A stretch of DNA of 64,000 nucleotides from Ostreococcus lucimarinus. Taxonomy: Eukaryota. The position numbers and the translations under genes are program-made. The notes under the pieces are model-generated. The model did not search any database, was not told the origin of the DNA, and saw only the letters and a program-made list of their open reading frames with translations. Location of the stretch: the NCBI GenBank assembly GCA_000092065.1, contig CP000594.1; one strand, 5' to 3'. Positions 52,949 through 63,241 of this stretch are shown one piece after another; the first letter of the stretch is position 1; each line of letters opens with the position of its first letter.

Positions 52949-54160
52949 TCACGCGCTCGAGGAAGACTTGACCAAAGCTTGCGCCTTGATAACGAGGTCT
53001 TTGTAGTCCTTACTCTTGCAAACTTGGAGCACGAGTTCGCGGAATGCCATGTCGACGTGTCCAGAGATTTTGGACGAAAGCAATTTCCACCGTCGCATGA
53101 TTCGAGACAAATCACGGCCCCGAACAGTCGACGCCCATGGCACAGCTTCGGCAGTCATCGATCTGTACTTGATGACGTTATTCAACATCTCGTAGTCTTG
53201 TTCGACATCCCACTCGCCCGTACTCGTCATTGGAGGCGAGATTTGATACCATCGTTGCAAACAAGCCTGCTCGTTTCGAGTGCCCATTTTGGCAGAGATG
53301 GTGACCCAGTTGATATTGTCGCGAAGTGAAAGGTGTTCGTTGCCCGTTCCCGGCCCGCATCCAGCTTCCGCGCCTCGCTGGCGGAAGTGTTCCTTCACGA
53401 GCTCACACAACTTGTCGGTTTCTTCCTGGCTCCAGTGCCCCGACTTTTTGTGTTCACCTCCCTTGGCGAGACGCCACTTGTCACGGCACGCCGACGCCGG
53501 CCTGCCGACTATTTCCGCGATCTTGGACCATTTCGGGCCCAGTTTCGTGTATTGCTCGAGCAAAGCTTCCGTCTCCTCCTTCTGCCACTTCCCCGACTTC
53601 GACTTTTTGTCCATGTTTCTCAAAATCCAGCCGTAAATTTGCTTGGCGTTTCTTGTCGGCGTCTCGCGAGCGACTTCGATAAACGCGCGTCGCTCAGATA
53701 GCGGTAAGTGTGCACCTTTACCTCCTTGCTTTTGACGACGGTTGAACAAGAACTCATAGTTGCCATTCATGAAATCTTCTGCGAGCCCGTGCTCGTTGGC
53801 CCATTTCTCGAGCGAGCGCTTCATCTGTTCCACCTCGAGCGTGCTCCACTGCCCGAATCTCTGCCCCGGAAACTTGACGTCCCACTCGCTACTATCAGAA
53901 ACAGTTTGCAATTCCTTCTCCGAAGCCTGCGCCACCGGCAAGTCTGCATCCTTTGACTTGTCGTGCATCAACGCCGCGTACGCCGCGTCGTCGTCCAGCT
54001 GTCGCTTGCTCAACGGCGCCCTGACGTCGAGTTCCGCCTTACGTTTCTTCGATTCCTTCTTCATGTGAGCCTTCTTAATCGTCTCAGTCGCGGCGGCGAT
54101 ATCAGCCAACGCGATCGTCGCCGACTTCTCCGCCGGCTCCTCGCCTCGCGTGCGAGCCAT
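52949..54160 (-). CDS. Myb/SANT-repeat DNA-binding protein (Reb1/TTF1/DMTF1-like).
   Basis: Tandem Myb-like repeats: GKWQKEETEALLEQYTKLGPKWSKIAEIVGRPASACRDKWR and GHWSQEETDKLCELVKEHF. Confidence 0.65.
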   Translation of the reverse strand: MARTRGEEPAEKSATIALADIAAATETIKKAHMKKESKKRKAELDVRAPLSKRQLDDDAAYAALMHDKSKDADLPVAQASEKELQTVSDSSEWDVKFPGQRFGQWSTLEVEQMKRSLEKWANEHGLAEDFMNGNYEFLFNRRQKQGGKGAHLPLSERRAFIEVARETPTRNAKQIYGWILRNMDKKSKSGKWQKEETEALLEQYTKLGPKWSKIAEIVGRPASACRDKWRLAKGGEHKKSGHWSQEETDKLCELVKEHFRQRGAEAGCGPGTGNEHLSLRDNINWVTISAKMGTRNEQACLQRWYQISPPMTSTGEWDVEQDYEMLNNVIKYRSMTAEAVPWASTVRGRDLSRIMRRWKLLSSKISGHVDMAFRELVLQVCKSKDYKDLVIKAQALVKSSSSA

Positions 54161-55160
54161 CGCGCGTTCGATGACGCCCCGAATCTTGCCAGTCAGCCGT
54201 CACCCTCGAACGTGCGATCGACGCGACGCTTCGACGCGTCCCGTCGACGCTGAGACCGCGCCTCGATCACGCGCGCGCGTCGTCGCCGACCGCGTCGACC
54301 CGCCGCGATCGTCGCGCGCGCCGAACGCGAGCTCGATTCGATTCGCCGGCGACGTTTCGCAGTCAACGGCGAGCGTTAATTGCGCCTCCTCGGTGCGCTC
54401 TTCGCGCGTTTCCCGGCGTGCGCGCGATTCTCGCGGTGCGTTGACGCGTGGGCGTCGGAAATGCGACGCGCCTCGATCGCGGGCGTCGGAAAGTGCGGCG
54501 CGCGCGTCGTTCGCGAGGGGTACCGAGTCGCCAAAATCGGTCGCGATGGCGCGTGCGTTCGCGAGCGACAGGGAGCCTGACTCCCGGGTGTTTTCGGATC
54601 GGCGAGTCAGGATTCAAAAACGAGTCCCCCCTCGAGGGGGCCTCGTTTTCGGGTGTTTCGAGAACGCCCGCGAGATAGACCCCCCCTCGCGGCGACCGAC
54701 CGACATCGCGTTTCGTGGACGTCGAATACGAGCGCGGGCGCGTTTGTGCGATAAATCTGGCGATGTCGGTCGGTCGCCGCGCGGTCGCCGCGCGCCGCTC
54801 GAGACGTGACTGGGAAAGGAGCTGGACTACACGCGACGACGACGACTACGGCGGGGCGGCTACGAGCGAGTCGACGCTCGAGCGCTCGCGCGCGCGTCGG
54901 CGCGCGTTCGCGAGGTAGGTTTCGCGTCTTCGCGCTCGTCGTCGTCGTCGTGGACTCGGACGCCGCGCTTCGCGAGCTCGCGCCTGGCGCGCGCGACGTC
55001 TCGCGCGAGCGCCTCGGCTTCGGCTTCGCACGTGGGGAACCAAATCACGCCTCGCGCGATGACGACGACGGAGTACAGCGCGAACGCAACGACGGCGTAG
55101 ATCGGGGCCTGTGGATTTGGATTCGATCGCGCGCGCGTGGGGTCAGCGTCTTCGTCTCGC

Positions 55161-55196
55161 GTTCGCGTTCGCGTTCGCGTTCGCGTTCGCGTTCGC
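55161..55196. repeat. (GTTCGC)6 hexanucleotide repeat.
   Basis: gttcgcgttcgcgttcgcgttcgcgttcgcgttcgc. Confidence 0.9.
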
Positions 55197-55621
55197 GCGC
55201 GTCGAGCGTCGTACCGCGACCACCAGCGCTCGCGCGCTCGGCGTGAGCTCGGCGTTGCGAAGCGTGGCGTACCACACGCTCAGTAATACCGCTCCAACGC
55301 CACCTGCGACATCGCGCGGGGTCAGTCGTCGTCGTCGTCGTCGGTGCGCGCGACGTCGAGACGGTGCGTCCGCGTCGATCATCATCGCGCTCGATCGCGA
55401 CGACGCGCGCACGCACCGAACTGCTGCGCGCGCGTCATACCGCGCGCGCGCGCTCTCGACGCGCGCGCGCGATCGCGCCTCCAACGCGCGCCGCGTCGCG
55501 AAGTGCGGGCGACGAATCGACGACGCATCGCGACGCAACCACCGCGGAATCGCGCGATCGGCGACGTCACACGACGACCCCACCCGCGCGCGCGTCGACG
55601 CGACGCGCGAGCGACGCGAAT

Positions 55622-56485
55622 ATGTCGGACGCGCTCGACGCGCGCGCGGTGCCGCGAACGGGACGATATCGAGTGCGAAAACGCGTCGCATCGCGCGTCG
55701 TCGTCGCCCTGGTGGTGGTGTCGACGGCGATGTTTTCGCGCGTCGCGCGCGCGCACGGCGTGCCCGCGGCGGTGACGGCGGCGGTGCGAGGTGACCTGGC
55801 GTGGTTCGATGACGCCGCGCTGGCGTACGACGAGGAAGAGTTGAAGACGATGCTCGACCGACAGGAGAGCGACCACGGGTACGGCGCGCTCGTGACGGCG
55901 GTGGCGCGCGGCGACGAGACGACGGCGAAAAAAGTGCTCTCGATGGGTGCGGACGCGCGGAGCGAGGATCACGAGGGGCACACGCCGATGGATATGGCGG
56001 CGGTGTCGGGGAAGGTGAGCATGGTGAAATTGTTGCGCGAACACGGGGTGGACGCGGGGGCGCGAGCGCGAGACGGATTTACGGCGCTGCAGCGCGCGAC
56101 GTGGGGACAGACGGACGCGCACGCGGAGGTCGTGCGGTATCTCGTGCGCGAGTGCGGGATGGACGTGGATGAAACGGACGCCATGGGGATGAGCGCGACG
56201 TTCAGGGCGGTGGATCGCGAGAATACGTTCATGCTGAAGATATTGTTAGAGCTCGGGGCGGATCCAAACTTTGCGAACAAGCGCGGCGACTCGTTGCTCG
56301 CCACGGCGGTTCGTAAGCAAAACGCCGAACTAGTGTCGATGCTCTTGGAGGCGAACGCGGACGTCACGAAAGGAGATTCGAAAGGGCGAAACTTGCGCAA
56401 GCTCGCCAAGCAGCTTCGATCGAAAAAGGTGCTAAATTTAATCTCCGAGGCGTACGCCTCGGCGATGGGTTCCGCCGAGTTGTAA
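55622..56485 (+). CDS. Ankyrin-repeat protein with an N-terminal signal anchor.
   Basis: ATG at about 55622 (MSDALDARAV...); TM VVVALVVVSTAMF; ANK repeats (GHTPMDMAAVSGKVSMVKLLREHGVD, GFTALQRATWGQ..., GDSLLATAVRKQNAELVSMLLEANAD). Confidence 0.7.
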   Translation: MSDALDARAVPRTGRYRVRKRVASRVVVALVVVSTAMFSRVARAHGVPAAVTAAVRGDLAWFDDAALAYDEEELKTMLDRQESDHGYGALVTAVARGDETTAKKVLSMGADARSEDHEGHTPMDMAAVSGKVSMVKLLREHGVDAGARARDGFTALQRATWGQTDAHAEVVRYLVRECGMDVDETDAMGMSATFRAVDRENTFMLKILLELGADPNFANKRGDSLLATAVRKQNAELVSMLLEANADVTKGDSKGRNLRKLAKQLRSKKVLNLISEAYASAMGSAEL

Positions 56486-56490
56486 TCACG

Positions 56491-56827
56491 TCATTCCTCC
56501 ACGTCGTCCTCGTCGTCCTCGAACGTTTGCGTCTCGCGAGCGAGCGCGCTCAACAAAAATTCAGAGCTCTCGAGTATGCGATCGAGCGATGATTCACCCT
56601 CTTGAATGACTTTGTCGTACGCCTTGACGCGCTCGCGGTCCCGCGCCACGCGTTGTTCGAGCTCCTTCACCCGTCGTCGGAGCGTCTCTCCATCGCGCGC
56701 GCTCGCCTCGATCCGCGCCAGCGTCGCGCGTTTTCGTCTCTGCAGCTCGCTCAAACCTTTCTCGCGCGCGTCGTTCGTCCGCGTCAGTCACTCGTTCTCG
56801 GGCACACGAACCGTCGAGTTTTCCCAT
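56491..56827 (-). CDS. Small coiled-coil protein (about 93 aa) with 2 exons, approximately complement(56491..56756, 56812..56827).
   Basis: The track ORF starts at TTG. Upstream lie ATGGGAAAACTCGACG, a GTTCGT donor, a 55-nt intron with a GTGACTGACGC branch box and an AAAG acceptor, then GT TTG AGC..., in consistent phase. The product is MGKLDGLSELQRRKRATLARIEAS...KAYDKVIQEGESSLDRILESSEFLLSAL... Confidence 0.5.
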
Positions 56828-57141
56828 CCTTCATTCGTTCGACGCGCGCCGACGCGGGACGCACTCTTTCCCACGGCCTCTTGCGTCTGGCGCATCACGA
56901 GCGTCTTCGTCGTCTCCCCGGACGCCATGAGTTCGCGACGGCGCCGTCGCGAAGTGCGCGTCGTCGACGGCGCGGCGTCGCATCGCGCGGCGTCCTCGGG
57001 ATCGATGCTCGATGCGTAATATAAAAGACGAAAAGAGAACCATGTGTGAACGCGCCCGATGGCTAAATCGACGACGCGGTCCCGAACCCTCGCGCGGCGC
57101 CGACCGCGCGCGTCACTGCGCGACGCCGACGTTCGCGCGCG

Positions 57142-58007
57142 ATGCTCGCTTCGCAAGTCTCCACGTTCGCCCGAGGCGATGCCACGATTTCCCCGCAATC
57201 CACCGCGCGCGGTCGCACCGTCGTCCGCGCGACGATCGAGGCGAAGGAGTCGCGCATCGGGAAGCAGCCGGTGGCGGTGCCGAAGGGGGTGACGTACACC
57301 CTGAAGGATAACCATCTCGCGGTGAAGGTGCGCGCGGCGCGATGCGACGCGCGCGACGCGGGAAAGCGCGCGAGGGATTACGTTTCATCGACGCGCGCGA
57401 TCCGCGACGGCGTGACGGGGGAAAACGCGCGACGACGACCCCAATCCCACGCGACCAGGGCTTGAGGTTGTAGGGTTTTCCGCGCGCGTCGGACGGCGAA
57501 GAGACGAAGAGACTGACGAGAACGCATCGATCGCCGCGCGCCGCATCGCAGGGACCGAAGGGTAGCTTGGAAATGTCGTTCCCGGACACCATGGTGTTCA
57601 CGGAAGAGGGTGACTCGATCAAGATTTCTCGCGCGAACGACACCCCGGACGCGCGCAAGGGTCACGGGTTGTACCGCACGCTCGCGAACAACATGATGGT
57701 GGGCGTGTCTACTGGCTTTGAGAAGAAGCTGAAGTTGTTGGGTGTGGGTTACAAGGCTTCCATGCAAGGGAAGGACCTTAACTTGGCGTTGGGCTACTCC
57801 CACCCGGTGATTATGAAGTTGCCGGAGGGGGTCCAGGTGACGTGCCCGTCGAACACCGAGGTTGTCGTGAGCGGCTACGACAAGGTTGAAGTTGGTAACT
57901 TTGCGGCGATCATTCGCTCTAAGCGTCCGCCGGAGCCTTACAAGGGTAAGGGTATCAGGTATGAGAACGAGGTCGTGATTCAAAAGGAGGGTAAGCGCGG
58001 GAAGTAG
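57142..58007 (+). CDS. RPL6: Plastid 50S ribosomal protein L6 (uL6c). Two exons: 57142 to 57327 and 57552 to 58007.
   Basis: Exon 1 carries a transit peptide plus SRIGKQPVAVPKGVTYTLKDNHLAVK. It is followed by a GTGCGCGCGG donor, an AGACTGACGAG branch box and a CATCGCAG acceptor. Exon 2 reads GPKGSLEMSFPDTMVFTEEGDSIKISRANDT...LLGVGYKA...GYSHPVIMKLPEGV... (bacterial-type uL6). Confidence 0.85.
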
Positions 58008-58248
58008 GCGCGCGCTTCGATTCGTTTCGGGAAACGGCGCGACGAATGATTTTGATTCTTCATTCGCCGGCGTCGGAGCCGTGTACTTCTTGATTCAAAC
58101 CAACCGACGACGAACGAACACCATTAGTGATATTCTTACATCGACCGACCGACCGACGAGCAAAATAATCATCGCATCATGTAGCTTGTGATAACAATCT
58201 TATCTCTCATCGCGAGAAATATCGTCGAGCGTTGTGTAGGCGATCGAT

Positions 58249-59241
58249 TCAGTCATGAGCTATCAAGTTTCGAACGACTTCTAAGTGCGCGTCGCGGTAA
58301 CCTTCTCTGTGCGCTACCCATAACGGCAGGAACTCGCGCATGGAGATCTCGCCGTCGTTCGCTCGCTGGAACTCGAGCGCGACGTCGACGCCGAATGACT
58401 CGTCGACGTCTGGGATGACGACTTCGTTCAGCGCCTCGGCGTACCGATCGGAGCCTGGACATTTGCGAGCGCACGCGTACTTCAAACACTCCAACTGTCC
58501 ATACTTGGCGGCTCCCTCGCACGTCCGCTTGTCCCAACAACACCCGTTCTCGCGCGCGTATCGCAAACAGTCCAAGTGTCCATTCGAGGCGGCATGCGCG
58601 CACGTCACCTCGTTCCAAGGACACCCGTTCTCGTGCGCGTATCGCAAACAGTCCAAGTGTCCATTCGAGACGGCAAACAGGCAAGTCCACTCGTTCCAAG
58701 GACACCCGTGCTCGCGCGCGTATCGCAAACAGTCCAAGTGTCCATTCAAGGCGGCATCACGGCACGTCCACACGTCCCAAGGACACCCGTGCTCGTGCGC
58801 GTATTGCAAAGATTGCAAATTGCCGAAACCAGCGGCATACGCGCACGTCCATTGGTCCCACGGCGCCCCGTGCTCGTGCGCGAACTTCATACAAACCGAA
58901 CCTGGAATGCGCGTAGCCCGCGTGCACGGCGCCGCATATTCTGGAAAGACTCTCCTCTCGTCGTCCGCTTCAAAATACCCGCGACCGTGGCCAATCGAGT
59001 GCCACTCGACGCCATCGCGTCTCAAATCTTGTAAAAACGACGCCACCGCATCCCTTGCATCGCTCGAGACGTCCTCACGCTCGAGTTCACCGATGAGTCT
59101 CTCGTAGACTTCCTCGCGCAGTATGGCCTTCGTGAGGTCCACCCCGCCCGCCCGCACATGCTCGAGTTCAGCAATGTACGCACGCTCGAGTGCGTCGTAG
59201 ACTTCATTCTGCCTCCGCGCCTCTTCCTCGTCGAACTCCAT
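58249..59241 (-). CDS. Ankyrin-like repeat protein built from tandem 33-aa 'HGCPW' repeats.
   Basis: Five or more repeats of YAHEHGCPW(D/N)xWTC..AA.NGHLDCLRYA, encoded by 99-bp direct nucleotide repeats. Confidence 0.7.
   Translation of the reverse strand: MEFDEEEARRQNEVYDALERAYIAELEHVRAGGVDLTKAILREEVYERLIGELEREDVSSDARDAVASFLQDLRRDGVEWHSIGHGRGYFEADDERRVFPEYAAPCTRATRIPGSVCMKFAHEHGAPWDQWTCAYAAGFGNLQSLQYAHEHGCPWDVWTCRDAALNGHLDCLRYAREHGCPWNEWTCLFAVSNGHLDCLRYAHENGCPWNEVTCAHAASNGHLDCLRYARENGCCWDKRTCEGAAKYGQLECLKYACARKCPGSDRYAEALNEVVIPDVDESFGVDVALEFQRANDGEISMREFLPLWVAHREGYRDAHLEVVRNLIAHD
58480..58900. repeat. 99-bp tandem direct repeats (about 4 copies, roughly 85 to 90% identical) encoding the HGCPW ankyrin-like modules.
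   Basis: A recurring tatcgcaaacagtccaagtgtccattc(g/a)ag(g/a)cggca....cgt.cac.tcgt.ccaaggacacccgt(t/g)ctcg(c/t)gcgcg unit. Confidence 0.8.
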
Positions 59242-59267
59242 CCCGCGCGTCGCGCCGTGGCGCGCGT

Positions 59268-59299
59268 CGTCTCGTCTCGTCTCGTCTCGTCTCGTCTCG
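59268..59299. repeat. (GTCTC)6 pentanucleotide repeat upstream of the HGCPW-repeat gene.
   Basis: gtctcgtctcgtctcgtctcgtctcgtctcgg. Confidence 0.9.
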
Positions 59300-59599
59300 T
59301 CTCGGAGGACCCGAACCGCCGCGAGTGACGGGAGGGTCAGCCAAAGTTACGTACTGTTGGAGCGTCGACCTCGCAAAAAGCGGACCATCGATAGGTAAAA
59401 ATGCCGACACGAGCTCACAGTTAAACTAAAACCCAAAAAATATGACCCAACCGGTTGGAGACGTGAAGTGGAGGAATGAGCGCCGCACTCGGGCGCCCCG
59501 CGCGCGGCGCCGCTGTGGCGAAAGTTACGGTTTTCTACGGACATTCGGGTATAGAGAGCAATACGACGAAATAAATAAAAAGTGGAAAAATGATAGGAT

Positions 59600-59607
59600 A
59601 AAAAAAG
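59600..59607 (-). terminator. RNA polymerase III T-run terminator for tRNA-Tyr.
   Basis: A7 on the plus strand (T7 on the minus strand) about 12 nt downstream of the tRNA 3' end. Confidence 0.6.
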
Positions 59608-59619
59608 TTAATATACGGC

Positions 59620-59751
59620 TCCTCCCTACCCGAATCGAACGGGTGACCCGCTGATTACCACGTGGTCCTTCGTTCGCGATGACGCTGTGACGCGCCGTAT
59701 TTCAGGAGTGTATCCTACAGTCAGCTGCTCTTCCATCTGAGCTAAGAGAGG
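59620..59751 (-). tRNA. tRNA-Tyr(GUA) with a 59-nt intron.
   Basis: Minus strand: CCTCTCT TA GCTC AGATGGAA GAGC A GCTGA CTGTAG[GATACACTCC...CACGTGGTA]A TCAGC GGGTC ACCCG TTCGATT CGGGT AGGGAGG A. Stems pair perfectly, the anticodon is GUA, and the intron lies at the canonical 37/38 position; a T7 run follows 12 nt downstream. Confidence 0.8.
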
Positions 59752-59840
59752 CTTTATAGCGCGTACAACGACGTTGTAATCGCTATCAACGAAATAAAAA
59801 GCCGATCGCTCGCCCCCCGATCGCGTTCGCGGTCGTCGCG

Positions 59841-60899
59841 GTGAAGTTACGGGTAGAACCGCACACGCGCGCGATGGTCGTCTTCGATCGCCCGCGTCGC
59901 GTGTTGTTCTCGACGACGCTTCGCGCGTTCGTCGAGTCGCGCCCGCCGCGCGCGATCGCCCTCGCGACGCCGCGCGACACCGTCGCGAATTTACTTCGAA
60001 TCGCTCGACGCGCGCGCGCGTCGCAAGTCCTCGTCGTTCAGGACGACGCGGCGGAAAACCAATCGACGAATCCGTCGCGGCGAACGCGCGCGGTGAGCAT
60101 GCGCGACGTCGCGCGAGGGTGGATGCGCACGTCGCTGAGCGACGGCGCGTTTTAAGAAAGATTCACGACGCGCGAACTGTGCGACGCGATCGGGGCGACG
60201 ACGCCGGAGATCGTGTGGTACGACGAATCGACGCGCGCGTACGACGCGCACACGCTGTTGGACGTCTGCACGGCGTTGTCTCGAGGACGGAAAATCGCGG
60301 TCGTGCACGACGGCGGAGGCGCGATCAGGGACGTCGTGACGAAGTATGATTTGGTGTACTTTCTGTCGCGTCGAGCGGCGCACTTGGGAGAGATCGCGGA
60401 CATGCCCGTGGCGTCGTTGTTCCCGGGACGACGCGTCGTCTCGGCGCCGGCGTCGGCGTCGGCGCGGGGCGCGGTGCGCGACATGCTCGACGCCGACGTC
60501 TCCGCCATCGGCTTGACCACGCCGGTCGGCGACGGCGCCCCGAACGAAATCATCGCGTGTCTCTCCTTGAACGACTTCCGCCGCATCGATTCTCACGTCG
60601 ACTTCACCGCGATGAAGACGCGCACGGCGCTCGATTTCGTGTCGCGCAAGCGCGCCGACACCTTTCGCGCCGACGATCGCGTCCCGTTCGAGTCCCAACG
60701 CCACGCCACCGGTTCTCGAGCTCGACGGTACGTCGAGCTCGTTTTCGCCAAGTCCGACACCTCGTTCGAGCGCTTGCTCGCGCTTTTCGCCGAGCACGGG
60801 ATTCACCACGTCTTCGTCCTGCGCGCCGACGACGTCCAGCAGCGCGAGTTTCGCGTGCTCACGCCCTCGGACCTCATTGACGCCCTCGCGACGCGTTAG
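59841..60899 (+). CDS. CBS-domain protein, present as two same-frame ORFs (59841 to 60155 and 60213 to 60899) separated by a single TAA.
   Basis: Upstream ORF: TVANLLRIARRARASQVLVVQDD. Downstream ORF: HTLLDVCTALSRGRKIAVVHDGGGAIRDVVTKYDLVYFL and FERLLALFAEHGIHHVFVLRADDVQQREFRVLTPSDLIDAL (tandem CBS motifs). Confidence 0.55.
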
Positions 60900-60924
60900 C
60901 GTTGTCACGTCGTCACTCACCCCG

Positions 60925-62556
60925 ATGCTTCCCGCGCTGCGATACGACGTCGACGACGTTCGCGACGCGAGCGACGACGACGACGACCGCGACGACGCCG
61001 GCGACCGCGACCGATTCGTCCCCGGGACAGATGCGACCGTGACGACCGAAAACGCGCTTCTCGCGGCGCGAAAACTGGCGTTCGTCGAGCGCGCGTTCGT
61101 GGACGTCGAAGCGTCGCGATCGATGATGGCGCACGAGGTGCTGGAGCGGTGTAAACAACACGGGATGACGAATAAAGAGTACCAAAGCGCGTGCGCGGAG
61201 CGCGCGGCGTGCGGCGCGTGCGGCTGGACGCCGTGCCCGAACGCGCCGACGCGGGACGATGGGACGACGCAGCGGTACGAGATCGATGGGAAAGCTCGAA
61301 AAGTGCGAGAGATGGCGTTCGTGCGAGCGTTCTGCTCGCGAAAGTGCATGATGATGGCGGAGGCGCTGGGCGAACGCTTGGGCGAACGCGCCGACGCGGT
61401 GAGCGCGCGCGAGGGCGCGGCGCGAGGACGCGCGGCGATGGACGGCGAGGCGAGCGTGGTGAAACAAGACGTGCGCGAGCGCGCGACGACGGCAAAAAAA
61501 GCATTCGATGCGAAAATGCCGGTGCGAAAATCGGACGCCATGGCCAAAGCGGCGACGGTGGACGGGTACGTGCCCAAGGCGGCGCGGAAAAGGATCGAAG
61601 AGGAAAGGGAAAAGGAAAAGACCCATCGAGCCGCGTCGATCACGTGGAACGAGCCGGAGATTGAAAAGATAGAAGAAGAATTGTGGCGAGAGAAACGAGA
61701 GGCCTCGGGCGTCGACCCCGCGGGTGGGGTGTTTTATTTCGACACGTTCGGAGAAGGGAAAAAGCCCGAGGGCGACTTCGTGCCGAGCATCGGCGGCAGG
61801 TTCTCCGAGGGACAACTGCGCACGGAACCGCGCACGGTGGTGGACGAAACTTCGCGAGCGATGGAAAACTTATTGTTAGAGCGCAATGACGGCGAAGATA
61901 CCGAGTCACACGTCGCGTTGGAGGAAGACGTCGCGGAGACGACGCGAAGGATGCTCGCGTCCAAGTTGACGGCGACGCCGATTCCCGGGTTCGTGGACGA
62001 CGGCGACGACGACGACGACGACGCCATGACGGCGGGCTCAGAAGAAGAAGGAGAAGAATCGTTCACCACGGGTGCTCCGAAGATTTCGCAATTCGGCTTG
62101 ACGTGGATGGCGGTTGATAATTTAGTCACCGACGCGACGTTTGCTCTCGTCGCCGGCGACGGCGCGTTCGTGGACAAGCTTCCGCCGCGAGACAGGTACA
62201 CGGTGTCCGTGAGCGAGGCGTGGAACGAAAACTTGGCGAGAACGATTCCGAATTTGTGCGTCACGCTGAATATAAGCGCCGAAACTCGGCGCGTGGAACA
62301 AAATTTGACAACGCTTTTGCGAACGTTTGCGTTCGATCGCCCCGTGCCCGCGTTTACGAGCGAGCGGTGGGCGATGATGGCGCTGTTGTTTATTGAATTG
62401 TTGCTCCACGCCGATCTCGTGAGCAAGGAATCTATCGGGAAAGAAGTATTCGACAACGCGAACGCCATCGCGGTGTTCGCGAACGCGGGGGCGACGAGCG
62501 AGGAGGTGAACATCTTGCGCGAGCGTTTGCGCGGCGACGGCGTGAACTCGAATTAA
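60925..62556 (+). CDS. RPAP2/Rtr1-family RNA polymerase II CTD phosphatase (Rtr1-type zinc finger).
   Basis: ACGACGWTPCPNAP...YEIDGKARKVREMAFVRAFCSRKCMMMAE matches the Rtr1/RPAP2 zinc-finger domain. The start is probably ATG near 60925 (MLPALRYD); the track ORF from 60877 overlaps the CBS gene. Confidence 0.7.
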   Translation: MLPALRYDVDDVRDASDDDDDRDDAGDRDRFVPGTDATVTTENALLAARKLAFVERAFVDVEASRSMMAHEVLERCKQHGMTNKEYQSACAERAACGACGWTPCPNAPTRDDGTTQRYEIDGKARKVREMAFVRAFCSRKCMMMAEALGERLGERADAVSAREGAARGRAAMDGEASVVKQDVRERATTAKKAFDAKMPVRKSDAMAKAATVDGYVPKAARKRIEEEREKEKTHRAASITWNEPEIEKIEEELWREKREASGVDPAGGVFYFDTFGEGKKPEGDFVPSIGGRFSEGQLRTEPRTVVDETSRAMENLLLERNDGEDTESHVALEEDVAETTRRMLASKLTATPIPGFVDDGDDDDDDAMTAGSEEEGEESFTTGAPKISQFGLTWMAVDNLVTDATFALVAGDGAFVDKLPPRDRYTVSVSEAWNENLARTIPNLCVTLNISAETRRVEQNLTTLLRTFAFDRPVPAFTSERWAMMALLFIELLLHADLVSKESIGKEVFDNANAIAVFANAGATSEEVNILRERLRGDGVNSN

Positions 62557-62616
62557 GTAACGAGTGAAATGAATAGTGATTTGTGAGTTGACAAGCTAGA
62601 GCATCGTAGAGATTTA

Positions 62617-63208
62617 TTATTGCGACGCCATAACGTTTGCGTCTCGAAGAGGCGATCGATGCGTCACCGCCGGTCTCGTCGCGCACGCGGACGTGGGCTC
62701 GTCAAACATCGGAGGCGGCGTGCCGAGCGGCGACGCCCCGATGGCGACGGCGTTGCCGGAATCCACGCGATCGAGCGTCGTCGCCGCCAATTTCGTTTCG
62801 ATAGCCTCGAGCGTGACCGGTACTTCAACCACAGTCGCTTTCGGCGGCGTACTTTCCGGAGCGTCGTCCTTCGAAACGACGTTCGCGGTCGTCTCTTTCT
62901 CCTCGGCGAAGCACTCGGCGATGATCGCGTCCACGTCGGCTTTGCCGTCGGTGTGATACAGAATGCGTTCGACGACGTTTTTCAACGGATTATTCTCAAA
63001 CTCAGGACGTTGGCACACGTACTCGACGTCTTGAAGCTTTTCAAAGTAAAACTCTCGCTCTTGCTCGGCGCGCTCGACTTGAAGCGCCAACGCGGTGTTG
63101 GTCTCCGTCATTTCTCGCGCGCTCGCGCCGTTCCCCGTCGTCGCTCGCGCGTTCGCCCCAGACGTCGCTCCCGCCCCACTCGTCGTCGTCATCGAGCCTC
63201 GATGCGCT

Positions 63209-63241
<33 letters not shown>

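Noticed and set aside
54846-55130. Minus-strand ORF encoding ...IYAVVAFALYSVVVIARGVIWFPTCEAEAEALARDVARARRELAKRG... as a possible tail-anchored protein.
   Set aside because: Upstream it reads through the (GTTCGC)n repeat as RTRTRT, and I found no ATG or splice signals. It is kept only as part of the long-spacer finding.
59991-61643. 550-aa minus-strand ORF, and similar long Arg/Ala-rich ORFs (e.g. 1161 to 2393 minus, 9575 to 10627 plus, 10138 to 11388 minus, 36212 to 37334 minus, 49135 to 50727 plus, 24363 to 25957 minus).
   Set aside because: Their translations are low-complexity R/A/G/S strings with no domain features, and they lie antisense to or overlap genes with clear homology (CBS, RPAP2, DVR, TSR2 and others). 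They are artefacts of high GC.
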